Positions 45,986 through 55,360 of a stretch of DNA of 64,000 nt are shown here, piece after piece. Below the pieces are notes generated by a model that was not told the origin of the DNA, made no database searches, and worked only from the letters and a program-made list of their open reading frames with translations. Within the stretch, counting starts at the first letter, position 1; the number at the start of each line of letters is the position of its first letter. The position numbers and the translations under genes were made by a program. The DNA lies in the NCBI GenBank assembly GCA_018400535.1, contig JAGYMQ010000145.1:10864-74863 (forward strand). The letters are read 5' to 3'. The DNA is from Candidatus Cloacimonadota bacterium. GTDB lineage: Bacteria; Cloacimonadota; Cloacimonadia; Cloacimonadales; TCS61.

Positions 45986-47286
45986 TGCAGATTCTCCACG
46001 ATCTCTTTGAAATGATTTCCTCGCTGCTGATAATTTTCGAACATATCAAAACTGGCACAAGCGGGTGAAAGCAGGATGACATCGTTTTCTTGTGATTCCG
46101 AGAAGGCTGTTTTCACCGCCGTTTCCAAAGACGGATAGATTGCCAGATCGATTTGATTTGAAAAAATTTTTTCCATCGCTTTTGCTTCTTTTCCGATGAG
46201 ATATAATTTTGCAGCGTGTTTTTGAATAACAGGTAATAAAACGCTATAATCCTCGCCTTTTCCCAAACCACCCAAAATTAATCTGATTGGAGCGGAAAAG
46301 GAATTCAGAGCGAATTTTACAGATTCGGTATTCGTTGCTTTAGAATCATTATAAAATCGTCTTCTTTTGATCTCTTTGACGAATTCCAGACGATGGGGAA
46401 GAGGTCGAAAAGTTTTCAAAGCAGACAGGATCTTTTCATGATCGGTGATGAATTCTTCGGTCGTGAGAATAGCTGCATTCATATTCATCAGATTATGAGG
46501 ACCGGGCAAAGGAAGTATTTTTTGAGAAACAGGATTTTCGAAAAAGTCATTTCCTTTATTATTTGTGGAATTTTGAGAAAACAATTTTATTTGAGCATTC
46601 AGATCAGCTATTTTTTTTCGGCAGAAAGGATCATCTGCATTCAAGATGGCGATATCCTTTTTGGTTTGATTGCGGAAAATATTGAATTTTGCAGCGGCGT
46701 ATTTTTCCAGAGAAGCATAGCGGTCGAGATGATCAGGAGAAATATTGAGTAGAATGGCAATATCTGCTTTGAAAGAGGCGATCAATTCAAGCTGGAAACT
46801 GCTCAATTCCAAAACGATAAGATCAATTCCCGGTTTTTCGATCGGGTAGGAAGTGAAAGCTGATCCGATATTTCCAGCCAAAATTGATTTGAAACCATTT
46901 CTTTGTAAAATATGATAAATCAAACTGACGGTTGTGCTTTTGCCGTTTGAGCCCGTAACTGCGATGATTTTACTGTTTGGATGTTTGATCAGAAATCCCA
47001 ATTCAATCTCGCTGATGATCTTGATTTTTTTAGCTTTTGCTTTTTTAATGATAGGAATATTGAGTGGTATTCCCGGACTGACTACAAGATATTCATTTTC
47101 CAGAATTTTTTCTGTGTGCCCACCAAATTCACAGGGAAATTTCTTTTGTATCTGGTTCTTTTCTGGAATGTCAGATTTCAACTCACTCAAAAAAACTTCA
47201 CCACCAAGCGCTTTGATCTTTCGTGCAGCTGATATTCCGCTGCGTGCTATTCCTAAAATGCCAAATCTTTTTCCTGCTATTTTCAT
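45982..47286 (-). CDS. murD: UDP-N-acetylmuramoylalanine--D-glutamate ligase
   Basis: FGILGIARSGISAARKIKALG, IIAVTGSNGKSTT, NDSKATN. Confidence 0.92.
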   Translation of the reverse strand: MKIAGKRFGILGIARSGISAARKIKALGGEVFLSELKSDIPEKNQIQKKFPCEFGGHTEKILENEYLVVSPGIPLNIPIIKKAKAKKIKIISEIELGFLIKHPNSKIIAVTGSNGKSTTVSLIYHILQRNGFKSILAGNIGSAFTSYPIEKPGIDLIVLELSSFQLELIASFKADIAILLNISPDHLDRYASLEKYAAAKFNIFRNQTKKDIAILNADDPFCRKKIADLNAQIKLFSQNSTNNKGNDFFENPVSQKILPLPGPHNLMNMNAAILTTEEFITDHEKILSALKTFRPLPHRLEFVKEIKRRRFYNDSKATNTESVKFALNSFSAPIRLILGGLGKGEDYSVLLPVIQKHAAKLYLIGKEAKAMEKIFSNQIDLAIYPSLETAVKTAFSESQENDVILLSPACASFDMFENYQQRGNHFKEIVENLQ

Positions 47287-47287
47287 T

Positions 47288-48403
47288 TTATCTTAATTTT
47301 ATAGTGGCTAAGCCAATTGCGACTAAAAGGGCAGTGACGATCCAAAAACGAATAACGATCTTTTCTTCCGCCATTCCTTTCAATTCATAATGATGATGAA
47401 TAGGAGCGCAGAGAAAAACTCTTTTTCCCGTGCCAGTTTTGATGCGAGTGTATTTGAAATAGTAGCGCTGGATGATCGTGGACATTGCTTCCAGAACGAA
47501 GATCCCGCCAACGATCGCAAAGAATATCTCCTCGCGTAGCAGAATCGAGAGGACAGCTAAAATTCCACCCAAAGCGAGCGAGCCGGTATCGCCCAGAAAA
47601 ACTTGCGCTGGTTTGATGTTATACCATAGAAATCCCAGCATTGTTCCCATCAAAGCAGCGATAAAAACTGTTAATTCGCCAGCATTGCTGATAAATTCCA
47701 GATTGAGATATTCAGCAATGTTGAAATTGCCTTTGATATATGCCATGATTCCCAGTGCGAGACCAGAAAGAGCGACGATCCCGCTGGCAAGTCCATCCAG
47801 ACCGTCTGTCAGATTGACTGCGTTAGAAGTTCCCGTGATCATAAAGACAACAAAGGGAATAAATATCCAGCCCAGAGAAAGGGAAACACCTTTGAAAAAA
47901 GGCAAACTGATTTGCGTGATATTTACATTGTCGTGCATTCCAAAAAATAGAACGGCACCGATGAGCAAGCCCAGGGTGATTTGAGCGAAAAGTTTATAAC
48001 GTGCGATCAAGCCTTCTTTCATTTTGAGGAAGTTTTTCAGATAGTCGTCTAAAAACCCAACGCCTCCCAGCCAAACAGTCGTTATGATCATGATGATGAT
48101 GTAGCTATTGACCAGATTATTCCAGAGCAGAACGGAGATGAGCAAGCTGGTTATCACGATCAAGCCACCCATCGTGGGTGTTCCTTCCTTTTCGCGGTGA
48201 GAGATCGGTACGTATTCATTCACGTTTTCCACTGCTTGATTTTTTTTCAGTAGTCGGATGATCTTTGGCCCGAGTAAGAGCGAAAAAATGATAGCAGTAA
48301 TGAATGCAGCGATCGCTCTAAATGTGACGTATTGAAATACGTTAAAAAGATTATAACCGAAGATTTCGGTCTGTGATAATGGTGCGAAAATATGATAAAA
48401 CAT
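47288..48403 (-). CDS. mraY: phospho-N-acetylmuramoyl-pentapeptide transferase
   Basis: KEGTPTMGG, AVNLTDGLDGLA, FLGDTGSLALGG, APIHHHYE. Confidence 0.95.
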   Translation of the reverse strand: MFYHIFAPLSQTEIFGYNLFNVFQYVTFRAIAAFITAIIFSLLLGPKIIRLLKKNQAVENVNEYVPISHREKEGTPTMGGLIVITSLLISVLLWNNLVNSYIIIMIITTVWLGGVGFLDDYLKNFLKMKEGLIARYKLFAQITLGLLIGAVLFFGMHDNVNITQISLPFFKGVSLSLGWIFIPFVVFMITGTSNAVNLTDGLDGLASGIVALSGLALGIMAYIKGNFNIAEYLNLEFISNAGELTVFIAALMGTMLGFLWYNIKPAQVFLGDTGSLALGGILAVLSILLREEIFFAIVGGIFVLEAMSTIIQRYYFKYTRIKTGTGKRVFLCAPIHHHYELKGMAEEKIVIRFWIVTALLVAIGLATIKLR

Positions 48404-48405
48404 TT

Positions 48406-51183
48406 TTAGATCCTGTCTAATATTTTTTCTAAACTAATGCCATGCGAAGCTTTGATCAATATTACTGCCTTTTCTGGTAATTCATTCAATTTTTGGGATG
48501 CCAGCAATTCTTCGACTTTCTTATAATGAACATCTGCTTGAAATTCTTCTGCCAGCTTTCCTACTGAGATCAGCAGATCATAATCGATCTTTTTTAATTG
48601 AGACCAGATTTTTTTATGGTAGAATTTTGTCAATTCTCCTAATTCCAGCATATCTCCAAGTATTGCAATATGAGGAAGATGCGGATGATAATCTTTCCAG
48701 AAGTTCAAAGCAGCTTGCATCGAATCAGGATTTGCATTGTAACAATCGATCAATAAATGTCGTGCCTTTTTCTTTTTTAGTTGCATTCGCCAGTTCATAG
48801 ATAATTGCTTTTGCAGTCCGGCAAAAATATTCTCGGATGGTATCTTCATCTCTTTACAAATAGCAATTGCGATCGTGGCATTCAAAACAAATTTTTCGAA
48901 AGGGGTCGGAATGGAATATTCTTCATCATTGACCAGAAATCGAGTGCTGTTTTGATCAGATTTTACTTTGGAGATCACGTAGTCATTTATTTGAGAATAG
49001 CCAAAAGTGATTCCTTCAAATTCGTTGAATTTTGAAAGATCTCCCGGGAAAAATTTTTTCTTTGGAGAGTGATGGAAGACGGCAGTTTTTTCCTGAAAAA
49101 CACCATTAATATCCTTTAGAAATTCCAGATGGGAAGCTCCGATCGCAGTTATGACAGCAAAATCGGGGCGAAGAATTGCGGTGAGTTTTTCTATTTCTCC
49201 GAAGTGATTTGAACCGAGTTCAAAAATTCCATATTTGTGTTCAGGTTTTGTTTTGAAAATAGTTTTTGGCAGTCCGATCAGATTGTTTTCATTAGCAGAA
49301 GTTTTGATGAGAGGAGTATCTATTTCCAGGATATTAGCCAGAAATTCTTTGGTTGTCGTTTTGCCGTAACTTCCCGTTATCCCGATCGAACAGAGATCAA
49401 AGAATTTTATGTATCGTTTTGCCAATTTTCCGTAAGCCTCGATTGTATCATGCACTTTGATCAAATGCGGATGAGCTAGATTGTAATTTTCGTTTACAAC
49501 CGCCCAATTCCCTTTTTCCAAAACGATATCCACAAAATCATGTCCATCAAAATTCTCGCCTTTGAAAGCGAAAAAAAGCGAATTTTTTGGAAGATTGCGC
49601 GTATCGGTGGAAATATGATAGAGCAATTGTGGACAAGGTTTGAGCTCTTTTCCAAACACGAATTCCAAAAAAAGTGGATCAACTGGAATTGACAGGTTCT
49701 CATTTTTAACTGGAGTGAATTCTTGAATGATCTTCCTGTCGCTGAAAGGCAATTTTTTGCCATTGATCTCTTGATATTCTTCGTGTCCTTTTCCAGCGAC
49801 GAGAACGATGTCTTTTTCTTTTGCCAGGCTTAGTGCTGTTTCGATAGCGCTTTTGCGGTTTTGGATGATGAGAATATTTTCTTCTGAAGTCGCATTTTGC
49901 AGAATATCTCGGATGATCTTTTCTGGAGATTCAAAGCGTGGATTATCGTTTGTGACGATTACTATTTCAGAATATTTCAGCGCACTTTTCAGCATTTCAG
50001 GACGCTTGCTTTTATCTCGATCTCCACCCGCGCCAAAAACAGTGATAATCCTGTTTGGCTGCATTTGATGCAATGTTCGCAGAACATTATCTAAGGCATC
50101 AGGTGAGTGCGCATAATCGATGAAAGCGTTTTTCTGGGTAAGTGCGATCTTTTCTAATCTGCCTTTAATAGGAGAAAGATCGGGAATTTTTTTCATGAGT
50201 TTCTCGACCTGAATATCAGGAAACAGTTCACAGCAGGCGGCAAGAGATGCCGTTAGATTGTAAATATTAAATTCACCGAGAAGAGGAGAATGCAGGGTAT
50301 AGTTTTTTTTGGCGATATTCAATTCGAAGCGAGATGAATGCAGATCATTTTCAATTTGGAAAATTTTGTAATTGGCAGCTTTTTTCCCATAAGAGATCTT
50401 TTTGCCAGTTGTTTTTGTAAATAGTTTGTTTCCAAAATCGTCATCAATGTTAATGATCTGGATTCCATCATTTTCTTTTGTATATTGGAAAAGTTTTGCT
50501 TTTTCATTGGCATATTCGAGGAGATCTTTGTGGAAGTCAAGATGATCCTGACTGATATTTGTGAAAATGGCTGCGTCAAATTTCAAAGCAAAAACGCGAT
50601 CTAAAGCTAAAGCATGTGAAGAAACTTCCATGATTACAGCTTCGACTTTTTTAGCCACGAATTCAACAAATATCTCATTCAATTCGATAATGTCTGGAGT
50701 AGTTCTTTCTGTTTGAAATTCTCTGTCTCCGAGCTTGAAACCGAAAGTGCCGATCAATCCAACTTTTTTATCAAAATTCAATATTTGATAGAGCAAGTTT
50801 GTGACTGTTGTTTTGCCGTTCGTGCCAGTAACTCCGATCAATTTGAATTTGTCGGTTGGATCATCGAAAAATAATTTTGCCAGAATTGCTGCAGCTTTTC
50901 GCGCATCAGAAACGAGGATCTGCGGAATTTTTAGATTTAATTTTCTGGTAACGATGAGCAGTTCAGCTCCGTTTAAGACAGCATCCTCAGCGAAATTATG
51001 GCCATCTTGTTCAAATCCTTTTATGCAAATAAAAATAGAGTGTTTTTCAACTTTTCGAGAATCGGTGCAGATTTTTTTTAGTATTCTATCATCTTTTTCC
51101 AAAACCATTTGTTTTATTAATGAGTATTTTTGCAGATTTTGGATAATTTCGGACGTTTTCACAGATCGGCATTGATCTTGCAT
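48406..51183 (-). CDS. murE/murF: fused MurE (UDP-MurNAc-tripeptide synthetase) / MurF (UDP-MurNAc-pentapeptide synthetase)
   Basis: A single 925-aa ORF with two complete Mur-ligase modules. MurE-like: ICTDSRKVEKHSIFICIKGFEQDGHNF, GVTGTNGKTT, GKGHEEYQ. MurF-like: ISTDTRNLPKNSLFFAFKGENFDGHDF, GITGSYGKTTTKE, DCYNANPDSM. Confidence 0.88.
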   Translation of the reverse strand: MQDQCRSVKTSEIIQNLQKYSLIKQMVLEKDDRILKKICTDSRKVEKHSIFICIKGFEQDGHNFAEDAVLNGAELLIVTRKLNLKIPQILVSDARKAAAILAKLFFDDPTDKFKLIGVTGTNGKTTVTNLLYQILNFDKKVGLIGTFGFKLGDREFQTERTTPDIIELNEIFVEFVAKKVEAVIMEVSSHALALDRVFALKFDAAIFTNISQDHLDFHKDLLEYANEKAKLFQYTKENDGIQIINIDDDFGNKLFTKTTGKKISYGKKAANYKIFQIENDLHSSRFELNIAKKNYTLHSPLLGEFNIYNLTASLAACCELFPDIQVEKLMKKIPDLSPIKGRLEKIALTQKNAFIDYAHSPDALDNVLRTLHQMQPNRIITVFGAGGDRDKSKRPEMLKSALKYSEIVIVTNDNPRFESPEKIIRDILQNATSEENILIIQNRKSAIETALSLAKEKDIVLVAGKGHEEYQEINGKKLPFSDRKIIQEFTPVKNENLSIPVDPLFLEFVFGKELKPCPQLLYHISTDTRNLPKNSLFFAFKGENFDGHDFVDIVLEKGNWAVVNENYNLAHPHLIKVHDTIEAYGKLAKRYIKFFDLCSIGITGSYGKTTTKEFLANILEIDTPLIKTSANENNLIGLPKTIFKTKPEHKYGIFELGSNHFGEIEKLTAILRPDFAVITAIGASHLEFLKDINGVFQEKTAVFHHSPKKKFFPGDLSKFNEFEGITFGYSQINDYVISKVKSDQNSTRFLVNDEEYSIPTPFEKFVLNATIAIAICKEMKIPSENIFAGLQKQLSMNWRMQLKKKKARHLLIDCYNANPDSMQAALNFWKDYHPHLPHIAILGDMLELGELTKFYHKKIWSQLKKIDYDLLISVGKLAEEFQADVHYKKVEELLASQKLNELPEKAVILIKASHGISLEKILDRI

Positions 51184-53339
51184 ATTGCACCATATTTGAT
51201 CTTTGAGCCTGGTTTAATCGATTGAGAGATGACGATACCGTTTCCTTCGATCTGCAATTGCACTTCGCTTTGATGTGCTTTTTGAAGAGCTCTGCGCAGA
51301 GTTAATCCTGTGAGATCGGGCATCCGATTTTCGTAGATCTCAATTTCTTTTTTCTCTTCTTTTCCCAAAACTAGAATAATATTTTTGCTTTGATCAAAGC
51401 TATAGCCTGGTTTTGGAAATTGATTCGTCACTATTTGCGAAGAACCATTGCGCTTGATCTTATATTTTAACTCTTTTTTTGCCAGAATTTTTAATGCTTC
51501 ATTTTTGTGCTTGTTCATTAGATCAGGAACTTCTGCGTATTCTGTTTTTGCTTCCACAAATTCTGAGATCAGATTGCTGGACGGCAGATTGCACAGGTCT
51601 GTCGTGATCTCTTTGAAAGTAGGAACTGCTGAAAGCGAAGCATAATAGGAATAAGAAGAATAATCTGCTTCATCATAGACGATGACCATCACATATTTAG
51701 GCTTTTCAACCGGGAAAAAGCCAGCAAAAACAGAAGTATATTTTTCTTCAGAATAACCAAATTCTCCCGCGATCGCTTTTTCTGCAGTTCCAGTTTTTCC
51801 AGCAATATCCATAAAATTTAGTTTTGTTCCAGTAGCTGTTCCATATTCGACCACGCTTTGCAGAAAAGTTTTGATCGTGTTCAAAGAATTTTGATCGGAA
51901 ATTTCACGCAATATTCTGGGCTCGTGTTGCTCGATTGTCTCACCATTTTCTTCGATCACTTTTTCCACAAAATAAGGCTGCATAACTTTTCCACCATTTG
52001 CCAAAGTGCAGTAAGCATTTGCCAGTTGCAAAGCGGTGACAGATATTTCTTGCCCAAAAGAAATGGAATGCAACGAAAATCCTCGCCAATCATTCAGTTT
52101 GCGGAAAATGCCGGTAGATTCTCCAAAAATGCGATGACCAATTCGATGACGAAATCCCAAAGCGATCAATCGATCGAAAAGGCTTTTGCTGCCTATCTTT
52201 TCCACGATCTTGCTGATCCCGACATTGGAAGAATGAGCGACGATATCATGGAAACTCAGAATTTCAAATTTATGATCATCTTTGATCACGCGTTCTTCTT
52301 CGCCAAAAGTAATATGATAGTCATTGCAATTTATCTTGTCTTCGGGAGCGAAAATATCTTTTTCAAGGGCGATCAAGGCAGTGATCGGTTTTAATGTGGA
52401 GCCAGGCTCGAACATAAAGGAAACTGGTAGATTTGCTGAACTACGCAATACTTTTGCAGAAGCTGTGAGCTTATCTCGTTCCAATCCAGCCATAGCGATG
52501 ATCTTGCCTGTGTATGGATCCATAATTATTCCGATTGCATTTTTCGCATCATATTTTTGGATACCACCGCGGAGTCTGTTTTCCAGAACTTCCTGAATTG
52601 TATTATCGATCGTGAGCACTAGAGAGTTTCCCTTTTTTGCTTTTTTGGAACGTAAAAATAAAAAGGGAATACGTTTGTTATTGGCATCCTGAATCGTTTC
52701 TTTCCAGCCAATATTGCCCGTTAATTCTTTGTCATAGCTGGCTTCAACGCCACAAAGTCCCTGCACTTGATAGATATTTTCATCGGAAATTGAACGATGA
52801 GGGTTTTTTTCTTCAACGATTCCCAGAAAATTTGCACCTAATTTTCCATGCGGATAAGTTCTTTCCATCTTGCTGAAATTGCTGATCAGACCAGAAAATT
52901 TTTCTTTTTCAAAATGCTTTTTTATTTTTTGTAATTGCAATTCCGAAATTTTATCCGAGATATAGACGCTGTTTGTCAAAGGCTTTTGAGAAATAATCCT
53001 TTTAACTTCTGCTTTGGAAAGCTCCGAATTATGAGAAATGATCTCTGAAATTTTTTCCAATGTTTCTTCAACTTTCTTATCCTCTTTTTGATCTGCCAGC
53101 GCAATTTTTCGATCCAGATCAAGCTGATAAAATTTTGTTGTTCCTACCAGAAGATCTAAATTGCGATCATAAATATTGCCGCGTTTAGGAATGATCAGTT
53201 CTTTGCTGGGATTCTTGCGTATTTCGATTGTTTGGTGCAATTTATATGGATCAAAGACTTGAACATTGAATAGATATCCGATCCAGAGAACAAGCAAAAG
53301 AAAATTTATTAACAGGAAAATTTTCAGTCTGCCGTTCAT
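51159..53339 (-). CDS. ftsI: penicillin-binding protein (FtsI/PBP3-class transpeptidase) with two C-terminal PASTA-like repeats
   Basis: N-terminal TM anchor. Transpeptidase motifs SxxK (GSTLKP), SxN (HSSN) and KTG (GKTGTA). The C-terminus carries two repeats of about 60 aa, each beginning (V/M)PDL. Confidence 0.88.
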   Translation of the reverse strand: MNGRLKIFLLINFLLLVLWIGYLFNVQVFDPYKLHQTIEIRKNPSKELIIPKRGNIYDRNLDLLVGTTKFYQLDLDRKIALADQKEDKKVEETLEKISEIISHNSELSKAEVKRIISQKPLTNSVYISDKISELQLQKIKKHFEKEKFSGLISNFSKMERTYPHGKLGANFLGIVEEKNPHRSISDENIYQVQGLCGVEASYDKELTGNIGWKETIQDANNKRIPFLFLRSKKAKKGNSLVLTIDNTIQEVLENRLRGGIQKYDAKNAIGIIMDPYTGKIIAMAGLERDKLTASAKVLRSSANLPVSFMFEPGSTLKPITALIALEKDIFAPEDKINCNDYHITFGEEERVIKDDHKFEILSFHDIVAHSSNVGISKIVEKIGSKSLFDRLIALGFRHRIGHRIFGESTGIFRKLNDWRGFSLHSISFGQEISVTALQLANAYCTLANGGKVMQPYFVEKVIEENGETIEQHEPRILREISDQNSLNTIKTFLQSVVEYGTATGTKLNFMDIAGKTGTAEKAIAGEFGYSEEKYTSVFAGFFPVEKPKYVMVIVYDEADYSSYSYYASLSAVPTFKEITTDLCNLPSSNLISEFVEAKTEYAEVPDLMNKHKNEALKILAKKELKYKIKRNGSSQIVTNQFPKPGYSFDQSKNIILVLGKEEKKEIEIYENRMPDLTGLTLRRALQKAHQSEVQLQIEGNGIVISQSIKPGSKIKYGAICKINADL

Positions 53340-53345
53340 TTTGAT

Positions 53346-53675
53346 TTAATTCGTCAATGCTTCAGCTGACGGAACGAAATAATTGATAAGTCGCACTGAT
53401 TGATCTTTATCATCGAAAGAAATATTGTAAGTGGTTTCTGGATTCATAGGATAGAACATATCCAATTTATCTGCAGCCAGTTTTTCAATACGTTCTTTTG
53501 ATGACAATTTGTTGTTTTCGATCAAATTATAAAGATTTAGTTCTTTCAACGAAGTGATCTGTAATTGTTGATTTTCAATCTGGTGATTATATTTAAGTAT
53601 TTGATGCTTGTTGACGAAATGAAAATAGATTATTCCCAGAATCAAAAGGAAAAGTAAAAAAATTTTTTTATTCAT
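53346..53675 (-). CDS. ftsL: FtsL-like cell division protein
   Basis: 109 aa with a single TM helix followed by a coiled-coil-like segment. It sits in the canonical slot between rsmH and ftsI. Confidence 0.6.
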   Translation of the reverse strand: MNKKIFLLFLLILGIIYFHFVNKHQILKYNHQIENQQLQITSLKELNLYNLIENNKLSSKERIEKLAADKLDMFYPMNPETTYNISFDDKDQSVRLINYFVPSAEALTN

Positions 53676-54607
53676 TTGATCTCCTTTTTCTGAGCAGCTC
53701 GCAATTTAGCGCTGCGGGCTCTCGAATTTTTTTTGATCTCTTGTGTTGTTGGAGTTATTGGCTTTTTCGTTAAAATCTTGATAGTTGATATCTTCCCACA
53801 ATTGCATTTCAATAACCCTTCAGGACAGACACAATCCTTTTCCTCATATTGGAAAAATTTCTTCACAATTCGATCTTCCAGACTGTGATATGATATCACA
53901 ACGATTCGACCTTGCGGGTTCAAAATCGTGACAGCATCGCGCAAGGCAGATCTGAGAGCTTCCAATTCACCATTGATATAAATTCTGATCGCTTGAAAAA
54001 TACGCGCCTTTGCCTTGATTTTCTTATGAGATCTTGTTGCGTTCTCGATGATCGCTCCCAATTCTCCTGTCGTCGTTATACTTGATATTTTTCGTTTCTG
54101 GATGATCATCTTTGCTATGCGCACAGCTTCTCGTTCTTCTCCAAATTCCCAAAAAATCTGCTTTAATTTTTCGTAGGAAAAATTGTTGATCACATCAGAA
54201 GCAGAAGTCGCTTGTTCACGATTCATTCTCATATCCAAAGGTGCATCATAAGAAAAGCTGAATCCCCTTTCCTTTTCGTCGATCTGATGCGAAGAAATGC
54301 CCAGATCAAATAAAATTCCGTCGATCTTTTTTATCCTGTTCAAAGCTAAATGTGTTCTGATCCGGCTAAAATTGCTCTTGATCAGAAGAAAGCGAGATTT
54401 GTATTTTTGCGAAATTTTCTTTCCGCTTTCGATCGCATCAGTATCTCGGTCGAAAGCAAATAATTTTATGCTGGAATTGGAATCTAAAATTGCCTGTGAA
54501 TGACCACCACCTCCAAAAGTTGCATCGACATAAATACCGTCATCTTTCAAGTTCAGGTATTCGATACTTTGTTTAAGAAATACCGGCTGATGATATGAGT
54601 GGTTCAT
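53672..54607 (-). CDS. rsmH: 16S rRNA (cytosine1402-N4)-methyltransferase
   Basis: HQPVFLKQSIEYL, YVDATFGGGGHSQAIL, DGILFDLGISSHQID, ISYHSLEDRIVK. Confidence 0.95.
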   Translation of the reverse strand: MNHSYHQPVFLKQSIEYLNLKDDGIYVDATFGGGGHSQAILDSNSSIKLFAFDRDTDAIESGKKISQKYKSRFLLIKSNFSRIRTHLALNRIKKIDGILFDLGISSHQIDEKERGFSFSYDAPLDMRMNREQATSASDVINNFSYEKLKQIFWEFGEEREAVRIAKMIIQKRKISSITTTGELGAIIENATRSHKKIKAKARIFQAIRIYINGELEALRSALRDAVTILNPQGRIVVISYHSLEDRIVKKFFQYEEKDCVCPEGLLKCNCGKISTIKILTKKPITPTTQEIKKNSRARSAKLRAAQKKEIK

Positions 54608-55047
54608 TGATAATCCAGCGCACTGAATTTCCGTTTGTGTTTTTCCAGCTGCTGATCGCGATATTCTTTGTAACGATCAGGATTCCAAACCGAGATATAA
54701 TTGCCTTCACCTTTGATCACAACTTTATCTTTGATACCAGCGATCTCCAGAAGATCATCACCGATCTTTATCCGGCCATTTATTTCCAATTTTTGTGCTG
54801 ATGATGAAGCAAAAGTGATGAGGTGCATCAGGAGTTCCTTGTCATCTGCGCTGCCACTATTTAACTTATCCTTTTTAACTTGCCAGTTATCGAGTGGATA
54901 GATTGCAATGTTTGCCACTGGACCGATCGTGATCACGACTTTCTGTTTTGCTTGAGGATTAAATTGCTTTTTGAAATCTGCTGGGATCGTGATCCATTTC
55001 TGTTTGTTAACTGAATTAAAATAAGTTCCAAGGAATTCTCCTGACAT
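54604..55047 (-). CDS. mraZ: transcriptional regulator MraZ
   Basis: Two SpoVT/AbrB-like halves (FLGTYFNSVNKQKWITIPADFKKQF and INGRIKIGDDLLEIAGI). The start is set at ATG 55047, preceded by AAGGAGGTG (complement of 55051-55059), rather than the TTG at 55074 used by the ORF track. Confidence 0.85.
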   Translation of the reverse strand: MSGEFLGTYFNSVNKQKWITIPADFKKQFNPQAKQKVVITIGPVANIAIYPLDNWQVKKDKLNSGSADDKELLMHLITFASSSAQKLEINGRIKIGDDLLEIAGIKDKVVIKGEGNYISVWNPDRYKEYRDQQLEKHKRKFSALDYQ

Positions 55048-55067
55048 CAGCACCTCCTTGCTTTGAT

Positions 55068-55123
55068 TGAGCAATTTTGAGAAATTTTGAGAAAAACTGA
55101 GTCAAAAGTGAGTAGCTGCTGAG
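55068..55123 (-). promoter_or_regulatory. array of six helically phased TGAG (CTCA on the mraZ strand) repeats; candidate MraZ operator
   Basis: TGAG occurs at 55068, 55078, 55088, 55098, 55109 and 55120, with spacings of 10, 10, 10, 11 and 11 bp. The array lies 21-76 nt upstream of the mraZ ATG. Units resemble (A/T)TTTTGAGAAA and AAAAGTGAGT. Confidence 0.55.
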
Positions 55124-55224
55124 CCGAGTCAAGATTTTTCTTACTTTTTCTTAGAAAACTGATTTTTTGTTTGACTTAATTATAGTATAAAACCTTATTT
55201 ACAAAGAATAAAAAAGAGGTATTT

Positions 55225-55347
55225 ATGTTGTTTGGTGTCATTTTATTGATAATACTTTTATTACCAGCAGTTATCATGATCTGGCTTTGTAGCTCGGTCG
55301 ATGAACACACCATCGATCGCTATTACTACAAAAAAAATAGTATCTGA
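55225..55347 (+). CDS. possible 40-aa small membrane protein (below the ORF-track cutoff)
   Basis: ATG 55225 is preceded by AAGAGG (55214-55219) at 5-nt spacing. The translation MLFGVILLIILLLPAVIMIWLCSSVDEHTIDRYYYKKNSI has one clear TM helix and a charged tail. There is no other support. Confidence 0.3.
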   Translation: MLFGVILLIILLLPAVIMIWLCSSVDEHTIDRYYYKKNSI

Positions 55348-55360
55348 TTTTTTATTCGAA

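Noticed and set aside
55048-55074. TTG start for mraZ at 55074, as given by the ORF track
   Set aside because: ATG 55047 is preceded by a near-perfect AAGGAGGTG and yields the usual MraZ N-terminus (M-x-x-x-F-L-G). The TTG extension would place the Shine-Dalgarno sequence and the first TGAG box inside the coding sequence.
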